Made by a program: the position numbers and the translations under genes. This document shows positions 1 through 9,600 of a stretch of DNA of 64,000 nt, in pieces; positions within the stretch are counted from its first letter, which is position 1, and each line of letters opens with the position of its first letter. The notes beneath the pieces are model-generated. The model saw only the letters and a program-made list of their open reading frames with translations. It was not told the DNA's origin and searched no databases. The DNA is from Mantamonas sphyraenae STR306 (Eukaryota > Protista > CRuMs). Location: contig JAPMXV010000043.1 in NCBI GenBank assembly GCA_026936335.1, forward strand, positions 62,001-126,000, in the 5' to 3' direction.

Positions 1-1689
1 CAGTCCAACCGTCCGGCTCAGGATAGTGTCATGCACCCAGACAACCATATCCGGCTGCCCGACGGTCGCGTGTTTCCCATCCGCCCCGTGCAGGACAACA
101 CCTCGTTTGCATACAACGCCACCATCCGCAGACCTCTCACGAGCGCACTTGTTGCACGTGTGCCCGAAAAGACCCACGGCCACATTGTCGTCTGCGGCGA
201 CGTCGATGGCTTCGAGTCTTTCCTCGAGGTCATGCGCCGCGAGAACGACATGCCCCAGCGTGTCGTAGTTCTCCTTCTGCAAGCTTTGCCCGCTGTGGAT
301 CAGTGGGAGCAGATGAGTACGTTTGGCCACGTGTACATCGTTCTCGGCTCGCCGCAGAAACCGGAGGATCGCAAACGTGTCAACATGTCCACAGCCACCG
401 CCGTCGTCCTCACTGCCAACAGCTCCACGGAACGCCAGAACGGCAAAGAGGTTGACGTCGCCTGGCTGGACTCCCAGTCGCTCATGAACCGCATTGCCGT
501 CGAGGACTCGCTGCATCCGCGTGCCTTTGTCATGACCGAGCTCCTCTCCAGCAGCAATGTCAAGTTCTTTGAACGCAGCGAGCAGTTCCAACGCGGCTAC
601 ATCGACTCGTACGCCTTTGCAGAGGGAAGTGTCATCGTTCATGCGCTCATGGATTCCCTCCTGTGCAACATGTACCTCAGCGGTCCCTTTCAGCAGTTTG
701 TCGAGGCCCTGCTGGGCGACAACCAGCTCCGCCTCTACCGTGTGCCAAATCACTTTGTCGGCGGTACCAACAGCACATATGGCCATCTTTTTGCCTCCCT
801 CATGGGCCACCAGCAGATGCTTTGCGTGGCCTTGTACCGCAAGAACGCAAAGAACGGCCGACGGTTCGTCTTTACCGCTCCCGAATTCAACACCAGCCTG
901 CAAGCTGGAGACATGGTCTTTGTCATCCTGCCCGACACTCGCGTGCAGAACCCTCCATCGAGCAAGCGGCGCCAAACACGCATGCGCTCTGCCACCGATA
1001 TCCGTTCCATGGCCGACGAAATGCAGGTGGAACCCGAACACAGTCTCGGCAAAGGAGTTGGGGACAGACAAGGTCGCAACGATGCCGACGACGACGACGA
1101 CGACGACAAAGACGACGACGAAGGTGCACACATCGACGACATTGACGCTGCCATTGATCGCGGTGTGCTTTCGGAGGGCTTGAGCGAGGAACAAGAACGC
1201 ATGTACGATCAACTCGACTCGTACGCCATGCCCTTGTTGCCCGAAGAGGAGGATGAGGACAGCGATGTCCCATCTACTCCAAGCAACGCCCTGGCCGCTC
1301 CTGCAGGCGAACTGGCCACTCCGGCACACATGCCACGCAGCAACAGCGACGATGAAGTCAGCCCCAATGGGAACGCGGAAGCAACAAGTCACACAGAAAC
1401 GCAGGAGGTCACCGATTTCCAGCTCGAATCCAGTTCCAACGACTCTGTGTCAACCACGGCCAGCAGCTCCACCGAACGAACCGAAGAACGCCCAGCCGCC
1501 ATGGCATCCCCAAGTACAGATGAGGTTACTGCCATGTTCATGGGTGCTGTACACAGCAGCGATGACGACGACGAGGCTGGCATGGCCACGGGTCAGCTCG
1601 CGTCATTGCGCAGTCCCGCAGGCAAACGCCCGCGTCCAAAGGGCGTCAAGACACGCAAGAGGGCTGTGACAATGACATTTGGAGCGTGA
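1..1689 (+). CDS. BK/Slo-family K+ channel, C-terminal RCK2 region plus acidic tail (5'-truncated by window edge)
   Basis: Frame is open from base 1. RCK2-type motifs GHIVVCG, GSPxxxEDxKRVN, TELLSSSNVKF, FAEGSV, MDSLLCNMY, TYGHLF, VALYR, FVFTAP, GDMVFVI. Confidence 0.85.
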   Translation, partial: QSNRPAQDSVMHPDNHIRLPDGRVFPIRPVQDNTSFAYNATIRRPLTSALVARVPEKTHGHIVVCGDVDGFESFLEVMRRENDMPQRVVVLLLQALPAVDQWEQMSTFGHVYIVLGSPQKPEDRKRVNMSTATAVVLTANSSTERQNGKEVDVAWLDSQSLMNRIAVEDSLHPRAFVMTELLSSSNVKFFERSEQFQRGYIDSYAFAEGSVIVHALMDSLLCNMYLSGPFQQFVEALLGDNQLRLYRVPNHFVGGTNSTYGHLFASLMGHQQMLCVALYRKNAKNGRRFVFTAPEFNTSLQAGDMVFVILPDTRVQNPPSSKRRQTRMRSATDIRSMADEMQVEPEHSLGKGVGDRQGRNDADDDDDDDKDDDEGAHIDDIDAAIDRGVLSEGLSEEQERMYDQLDSYAMPLLPEEEDEDSDVPSTPSNALAAPAGELATPAHMPRSNSDDEVSPNGNAEATSHTETQEVTDFQLESSSNDSVSTTASSSTERTEERPAAMASPSTDEVTAMFMGAVHSSDDDDEAGMATGQLASLRSPAGKRPRPKGVKTRKRAVTMTFGA

Positions 1690-1753
1690 TTTCAGGTGAT
1701 CAACAGGTAGACCATTGCTGTGCAGGTCCAATGAAACACGACATTGCCTCTTC

Positions 1754-2275
1754 TCACCCGAGATTCAGCGTCTCCAACGTCTCCTCAAACTTGGCGGCCA
1801 GATGCATGTGCACGTGATGCTGGGCCGGCATTTCAATGACCACCACCTTTCCGTTGGCCTGGATGTGCAGAGACGGGGCCACGTGGAGCGGCATGGCCGC
1901 TGCGGCAAGCATGTTCAGCAGCGACACGCTCTGAGCAAATCCAGCCAGTTGCACTTTGCGCCGCAGCCTCGACTTGGGCAGCAGAGTCCACTTTGGCAGC
2001 AGGTATGGAGTCAATGACGACAGTTGCTCCTGTGTCAACGGAGCCACAGTGTCTGCTTCGGGCAGGTTGTCCACCTCCAAGGCCGCCAGCTCCTTCCGAG
2101 AGGCCACGCCTTTGACAAGCTCGTACGCAGGCCCTCCGGGTGCCTCTCCCTTCTTGTGCGAATGCAAACTCCCCTGGTTCGGTTCTTCAGCCCCATGCAC
2201 ACGCGCAAGCAGACACCCGCTCAGAAAGGCAAGCACCAGCACCGCCCACGGGCGGAAAGTGACCTGATTCCTCAT
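1754..2275 (-). CDS. Pterin-4a-carbinolamine dehydratase (PCD/DCoH)-like protein with predicted signal or transit peptide
   Basis: ATG at 2275 followed by a hydrophobic leader (WAVLVLAFLSGCLLA). LTQEQLSSL..LLPKW..LRRKVQLAGFAQSVSLLN..HVAPSLHI..KVVVIEM..LAAKFE follows the PCD fold pattern. Confidence 0.55.
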   Translation of the reverse strand: MRNQVTFRPWAVLVLAFLSGCLLARVHGAEEPNQGSLHSHKKGEAPGGPAYELVKGVASRKELAALEVDNLPEADTVAPLTQEQLSSLTPYLLPKWTLLPKSRLRRKVQLAGFAQSVSLLNMLAAAAMPLHVAPSLHIQANGKVVVIEMPAQHHVHMHLAAKFEETLETLNLG

Positions 2276-2319
2276 CGCTTGGCTCCGCCAGGGGCCCCAG
2301 CCAATTGTCTCGACACAAG

Positions 2320-2341
2320 CACACACACACACACACACACA
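2320..2341. repeat. (CA)n microsatellite
   Basis: Perfect CA run in the divergent intergenic gap. Confidence 0.9.
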
Positions 2342-2419
2342 GGCTCACATACACATACGTCGGTAAATTGTGCCGACACAGCTTTGATCTCGCCACTCCC
2401 TGCCCTTCTGTCTCCACAA

Positions 2420-3415
2420 ATGAACAAGCGACGCAGGGACGACGAGTACCAAGACACGGAGCGGCACCAGACAACCTCCACGTGGGCGAGTTGGAAATCT
2501 GAAGAAGCCCAGGACACAGGCGACCATCCAAGTGGCAAGCGACAGATGGTGGACATGCACAACGACGCCGCAAGCGCACGCACACGCGACCAGGCGGTGT
2601 TGTCCACCAGTCGCAGTGCCGGTTCCCTGCCACGGGACGACAGTGACGCCAGCACAGACGGCGCCGATATCATTATTGAAGAGACTGCGGCGCACTCGCA
2701 CAAACGGAGTGGGAATGCACTCCCTGCCCAAGGTGCACCGGCGGCGGAAACGGGCGATGAACCCGTCGGCCAAACCCCGCTCCCACAGGCTGTACAGGCA
2801 CAGGATGACGCCGAACCGCAGCTTGAACGCACACCCATCGATCCACTCCTGCAGTTGGGTCCCGTTCCGATCATCGACCTTACAGGGGATACCTCGTCGT
2901 CCGAGGACGAAGACGAACCAGCCCCAGCAGCTGGGTTTGACCACGACGACGTGTCCAACTCGGACGACGATGTCGGCAATGCTGTGCTGTTGGATGAAAT
3001 CCACGACCTGAGTGCCGGTGACGACGACGCAGACAGTGACGACGAGGTGCAAGTCCTTTCCCGCGAAGTCACCGATCTCGGCAAGCTCCTCACCTCGGCC
3101 AACATGCACCTCGTCACACGCATCAACAAACAGACGGGCGCCACAGAGCGCACACACATCCCTGCAGATGCCATCCGCAAACTGCTCGCTGGGGACAAAC
3201 CCTACAGCCCTCCGCAGACCGCTTCGGATCGCTCCCTCCCGTTTGGAGCACGCGAGTGCCCTGTGTGCCTCGAACGCATTTCCGAGGCCGCTGCCACTGT
3301 GTGCGGCCATGTGTTTTGCTTTGAGTGCATCAATGCCGTCATCGAGGCCCACGGAAAGTGCCCCATTTGCCGCACTCCGCTCGTCTCTGTGCAGGTCTTT
3401 CGTCTGTTTGCATGA
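2420..3415 (+). CDS. RNF4/Slx8-like SUMO-targeted RING E3 ligase
   Basis: Acidic disordered N-terminus with SIM-like motifs (IIIEE, PIIDLT, VLLDE, EVQVL). C-terminal C3HC4 RING CPVC..CGHVFCFEC..CPICR. Confidence 0.8.
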   Translation: MNKRRRDDEYQDTERHQTTSTWASWKSEEAQDTGDHPSGKRQMVDMHNDAASARTRDQAVLSTSRSAGSLPRDDSDASTDGADIIIEETAAHSHKRSGNALPAQGAPAAETGDEPVGQTPLPQAVQAQDDAEPQLERTPIDPLLQLGPVPIIDLTGDTSSSEDEDEPAPAAGFDHDDVSNSDDDVGNAVLLDEIHDLSAGDDDADSDDEVQVLSREVTDLGKLLTSANMHLVTRINKQTGATERTHIPADAIRKLLAGDKPYSPPQTASDRSLPFGARECPVCLERISEAAATVCGHVFCFECINAVIEAHGKCPICRTPLVSVQVFRLFA

Positions 3416-3467
3416 TTGCTCAAAGTGCAGTGTTTTACTGTCCCGCCAATTTCTCTACAGCGCGCGC

Positions 3468-3605
3468 TAGGCGAACTGCAGATACCATAGCATTAGGGTA
3501 TGGATGTAAGAGAGCTGACCGCTCTCTTCCGGCAGTATATGTTGAACTCGGTGCTACGAGTTCGTGTTTTGCGGTGTTGATCGAATGGTCGTTGCGCGGA
3601 GATGA
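3468..3605 (-). ncRNA. Putative omegaRNA scaffold of the Fanzor
   Basis: Lies between the ORF stop and the inferred element end. Perfect stems AAGAGAGC/GCTCTCTT (3508-3528) and GAACTCG/CGAGTTC (3544-3563), stem ATACC/GGTAT (3482-3501), closing helix ACTGC/GCAGT (3475-3479 with 3532-3536). Confidence 0.6.
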
Positions 3606-6600
3606 TCACTGGCCCTTCCTCTGCAAGTACGCAGGTCGGACGCCAATCAAACAATACGACAGTCCCACCAGTCCGATGTTCAACGCAGCGTTCTCGTCTC
3701 TGTCCATGCAGCGCCCACTGTCCTGGGTAGCTGCAAAAGTGGCCAACGCATCTCGCATCAAACCACCCATCGAGCGGAAGGGTGCTTGCACACCCATTGC
3801 TGCACACGTACAGCGCTTGGTTCTCCCATGCGGCTTGAATGACCCCATCTCTGGCACATAGCTTGTCTGTTGCCCACACACGCTGTGCTGCTGTGATGTC
3901 AGGTGTTCGTTCACCTCCAGCACCAGCGTGTGCCTCGCCAGTTCCTTCACCATGCCACGGAACCCTCCGTTGTTGCCACTCCAAGTAGCCTGCCCAACAA
4001 TGAACATCACTTGCCGTTCGCGTCCAAGACTTCGGCGACAATTGGCCAGCAGTTGATCAGTGTCCCGGTGTTTCCACGTGCGGTGCACTTTGTCCAGCTC
4101 ACCGTCCATCTCACCTTGTTGCATTGTGTGTCGCTGGGCGCTGCCTGTGTGTTCCTCTTCACGGCGTTTGTGGTGGGGAAGCGTCGGTACACGCCAGTAT
4201 CGTCCCACGCGGTGCAATCCGTCACTTTCGTACTTGCACATAGAGTCCAGCTGCAGCACCATGACGTGATGTTTGAACGATCCAGGGTCCACCAGCGCCA
4301 GGTTGAGATTCATCAGGGCAATGCGAGTCTGGTGCGCTTCCTCAGCGTTCAAAGGGGCACGCAAGCGCGCGTAGTGTACCTTCCCGCGCGCCTCGTCCCC
4401 ACGGTTTGGCAGCGTAACGCCAGAGTCTTCGACGCGCCGCAGCCATTCCTCTGCAGTGAGGTTGTCTGCATCGGTTGCATCGAGAGAATCGACGACCAGC
4501 TTTGCAGCTGCTCGCTTCCCCACCAGGTGTGCAAGCCTCTTGATGCACAGGAAAGCCGTCAACGCGGTCATCTGCCCTCCTTTGTTTACCAATGCATAGG
4601 CGGCAGATCTGGATTCTGGTTGCAGGAGCTCAAGGGCGCTGTACGTGGAATGCTTGCCCAAACTGTGCCAGAACCCGTTGATCTGCTGCACGACGTCTTT
4701 GCGATGCCACCGGAGAACCTTGATCACGGGCCCACACATGGTGAGTGTGCCCGTGATTGTAGCAAGCTGCCTCTTGGCCAGATGGGCAAGTTGCGGAGCG
4801 AGGAGCAAGCACATGGCCGGCACCCACGTCTTCTCCTCCCCCTTCTGGACCTCGTCCCCAAACACGTCGTACTGTTTGTACCTTGCAATCAGGTCACTCA
4901 GGGTTTGTGGCTTCTCCTCCCACTCGGTCAGAGCTTTGTGCGCATCATCGACGCGCTTGATCCCTCGCAATCTTTTCTGGGCCTGCTGCATTTCCGGGTC
5001 ATTGTCGTTCCAGCTTGTTCTGGCAATCAGGATGTGCTGCATGGTGGGTGAGATGTGGACCGCGGCCGTAAGTGAGCGTGCCGTATCGGGCAGGCCAGTC
5101 ACCTCCCCGTTTCGCAGCGCGGTAGCCACGCGCAACAAGGTGGCGCTGTCACAGGGCTGGTCTTCACCCTCGTCCTTGTCTCCCAGCAAAGCCGAGTTGA
5201 GCAGCAGCCTCTCCTCCTGCAGACGCTGCTGTAGCTCGGCCTTGCGGATCTTGACGGTGGCTGCTTCCAGTTCCTCCGCACGTTGCATCGTCACCTGGTT
5301 GTTCCGCAGCGCTTTGTTCACCACGTACGCGTCTTTGTCCAGGATGTCGCTCAGAATTTCGACCACCGTCATGCGACGCAGCCCCTTGACGTCCGCAAAC
5401 AACTGTGCCAGGGCAGAATGCTGTTGGAAGCGTGTGCAATACCCCTGCAGGTCACCCATGAAGCTGACTGTCAACTGTTGATGGTACCGTGCACATGTGG
5501 AAAGAAGGGAGCCCACCGGTTCGTGCTGGTGATGCAGTTTGCGCAGGTCGCACAGGACGTGATCCTGCCGCTGGATGCGCCGCACACACAGAACAAACTC
5601 GTGCGGTTGTCGAAGCCACGTGTCGCTCTCGCCCTTTCTCAGGACAAGGAAGGAGTTGTCCGTGTCGGTGTCGCAAAGCAGACACGCCAGCTGTTTGGCC
5701 AAAGCCTCGATCCTATCCTTTGCCTCGTACCAGTTCCCTGTGTCCAGCTCTGTGATCACCTCCGCGACGATGACGTCGTCGTCGTCCTCTTCGTCGTCCT
5801 CTTCGTCGGGAACGTATTCGTCCTCCTCAGTGTCGGTAGCAGCGACATCCCACCCGTCGCTGTCCTCATCGCTGTTCTCAAAGTGGGACGTGCTGTTGGC
5901 ACTGGCCCTTCGTTGTGCACGTTTTCGTTTTCCACTGTCGCCATCATGCTCATCCACGCAACTGTGACGCAGGCTGAACACCAGCAGCTCGTTCATGCAT
6001 CGCAGGATGGCGTTGCTTCTCTCTGCATAGGCCTGCAGGACCGCCAGCCGTTGCGGTGCCATAGAACGCGCTTTCTTTGGCAGCGTCAGCGTGTGCGGCG
6101 ATAACTCAAAGCCGAACGAAGCCTTGTCCGCAAACTGCGGGCCCGTGGGCGTTGCCAAGAAATCGCGCTGGCCAGCGGCGAGCTCATCTTCGGACAGACT
6201 GAGTTGACTCAGAGTGCTCACTGGGATATGCTTGTCTAGAACATCTCGCGCTTCCTCTGCCTGTGCCACGGCCTTTTGTTGCTCGATGTCCCTAGTCCAG
6301 GCTTGCTTGTTTGTGACCTCGTCCACAACCTCCTGTCGGTGCCCACTCTGTGCACGCCTGCATATAGCGTGCGCCACACCCGTCATCAGCTTCTCTTCGT
6401 CCGTGGTCCCCGGCCGTCCGTACACAGACAGTTTGGCACCCTCCGTCACCACCGGCACCGAGTGTGTGTCGTCACCCAGTTCCACCACAAGCCAGCCCTC
6501 AACCACCGAAACGCCGAGCACGTCCACGTTGTCACCGATTTCTGCCTTGCCACCGATGGCAAATGCGTGTTTGCCACCAAAGTTACAGTCCAAAACCGCA

Positions 6601-9600
6601 TGATTGTGGACCACGTCCACCACAGTGCCTGTTCCTTGGTTCCCGGCCAGCTCCTCCACATTGCTGGCCACATACACGCCCACGTCTTCAGCAAAGACCA
6701 CGTGTGCTGTGCCTTCACCGTCAACGTAGACAACGACTGCATCGGCATCGGCTTGAGTGTCGGCGGCGGGCGGCTCTCCAATCACCTTGATCTCAACGCT
6801 CGGTGAAAGGCCTTCAGGTGCCAAAGACCACTTGCCTTTGGCATTCATGTGGAGCATGATGGTGTCGCCGTTGTTCACCACGCCCTGTGTGGCCAGAGAG
6901 CGTGCAACGGCGTCTGGAAAATGTTGTCGAAACACCCTCAACCCGGGACACCCACCTGCACGCGGCTCTGTTGTGACCTGCACATCCACAGAGGTGTACA
7001 GAGGCATCTGTTCAGCCACTGGCAACACCACCATGCGGTCTCCGTCACCGACAAGGATGGAAAGCACGGAGGCATCGTCGTCGCGATTCCACACCAGGCC
7101 GGGAACACGCGTGCCCAGCCGTGCTGTCGAGAGACACACGTTGTGTGTGGCCCCTTCCACAAAGCTTGGCTTGAGCACAAGCCGATCACCCACAAGAACG
7201 CCCTCGGAGCACCACCAGGGCTCCAGGGAGGTCCCGTTGCGAGCCATGGACGCTTCTGCCAGCGAATCATACGCTAGCTCGTACGGGACAAGGTACTCAC
7301 GGTCGTCCACCCGTACTTTGACCCCGTCGAACCCGAATCCAAGGACCTCGACGTGAACGACCTGGAACTCAAGGACTTCAGGATGCGAGCTGCTCTCCAA
7401 AGTGATCCTCAGGGCCATTTGACCATAGATGGGGTGGTCCGAGAGGCTGTTGACGATGTCTTGGACGTGCTGGGGTGAACAGTCATGCGCGTTGCCTTGT
7501 GCCAGTAGGCGTTCGTCGTCACCCGCAGTTTCATCATCACCGACGAAGAAGTGGGCGACGTGGGTGGAATCGCTTTCCTCGCTGTCCATGTGGTCTCCTG
7601 CACATCCCTCCGTGGTGACCATGCCGTGCATGTCGCTGGGCGTGTCGCTGGGCGTTTCCGTGGTGAGCATGCGGAACGTCTCGAGTGACGTTGAGTGCAA
7701 GTTTTTCACCTTCACCTTGCGCTTCCGTCGATCCCCGTGGCGATGACGTTTCCCCCCGCGTCGCCGTCCTCGTCGTCCGCCAGGTTGTCGCAGCACAACG
7801 AAGACTTTCTTTTCAAACATCCTCCACAGGTTTCCATCGACGTGGATGTTGCCAAGGTTGTCGCGGATGAGGAGGTCATCGTCATGGACCAACAGCGTGT
7901 ACGTAGATACCTTGGAGGCGACGTGATCAGCAGCGAGTTTCAGGTCTTTGAGTCGGACCATGGGACCAAAGTTGACCCTGGCCTTGACGACGTGCTTCAG
8001 CTGCTTGCTGGACGCCTTGAGCGGCTGGATGATGTTCCACAGCGCCACCCACTCTTTCTCCTTCACCTCGCGAAGCTTGTCCTCCGTGGACGACGCGGAT
8101 CCGGCGTCGTCCAGCACCATCACCTCCTGCTCAATCTCCACTTCTCCACCCATCTCTACCTCAATCTCCTCCACTGCTCGTTCGCCATCCATCTCCAGCA
8201 CCATCACATCCTCCTCGTCCCCTTCGTCCTCCTCGTCGGCGACAAGCACCCCGAGTTGGTCGGCCGCACGCTCCAACCTCCTGCTCCACAGTTGCCAGTC
8301 TTCCTCCTCGGCATCTGCAACATGATCGTCCAGGTACGTGTATGTACCAGGGGTACGCAGGGCCAAGAAGGAGAGGAAGAACTCCTGGGGATTCGACCGC
8401 AGCGTCGCTGCATCGAGCACCTGATCGGTTTCTGCTGCCTTTCTCGCCAGGGACAGAGGCAGGGCGAGCCAGGATGAGCAGATATCACCCCGTCGCGCGT
8501 ACAGAGCAGTGCGTGCAGCGACAGCGCGGGCATCTTCGTCGGTGAGTGTGGTCAGCTCCAGGCCGGGATTGTACACCGCCAGTTTGGCATCCGCATGTGG
8601 CAGGAGGTAGTACAGATCACTGTCTTCCCCAACCACCACCATCAGATCGTCCTTGGTGTACTTTGAGTACTCACTAGCGATCGTTGCATCCGCAGATTGT
8701 CCTTGAGTGTGGTGAATTGTAACGGCAATTGAGAGCTTCACACTGGCAAACTCAGTCGCCAGCTCTTCCGCAAGGATGTCGTAAACGTCATCCTTGCGCA
8801 TCGGCATCTGCATCCATGGATCCGGAGGAGGAGGGGTCAGCTGGTGGGGGGCGGGGGTGGTGAGGGAGGGACGCATCAACCGCACCTTCTTCCCGCCCGC
8901 GGCTGCGTCGCACATTCGCTGCACCGCGTCCCACAGGTGGGGAATCCGCTTTGGCTCATACTCGTCTTCAAACATGGATGCGTGGGAGTCCACATATACG
9001 CCAATACTCACAACCACCGAGTCGGGGAGTGAGAGCTGGCTTTCGAACTCCGCCACCTCACGTGCCATGCGTCTGGCGGCCGCCTTGCACTTTGCTCGGA
9101 TGGCCTCTGTTCTGCTTGAGGTAAAGAGGTGGTCTGCGTAGTCTGTGTTGGCGAGCAGCGAGGCGTGTGTGAGTTGTGTGGGAGGGTCTTCTGAGAAACA
9201 CAAAATCTTCTGCAGCTGGTGCGGCTGCCAGCCAGCACGCATACACTCACACCTGTATCCCATGTCCCATGCAATGTGGATGGTTTTGATTGTCGTAGTC
9301 GGAGTGCCATTAACAAGCCGTGGTTGTGCCTCTTCTCCTTGGTCACCGATGTCGATCAAGACCATGTTGTCTTCAGACACACCTGCCTCCACCTCATTGT
9401 CCTCGACATCCATGTGGTCGTCCACAACCGCCTCCTCGTCCGCGCTCTCGTCATTGTCCTCGTCCGCGCTCTCGTCATTGTCCTCCTCCTCCATGTCTTG
9501 CGCGCTGGCGAGGGCCAATCCACCAACAACCGCTTCCACTAGACTCGTTGTTTTGACACTCTTGGATTTCTTCATGACGTCGTCGCGCAACTGAGTCTTG

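Noticed and set aside
3460-3483. Terminal inverted repeat with 10549-10567, or a Helitron CTAG end
   Set aside because: The match is limited to two palindromes (GCGCGCGC and CTGCAG) at different spacing. CTAG is not followed by T and no Rep/helicase is present.
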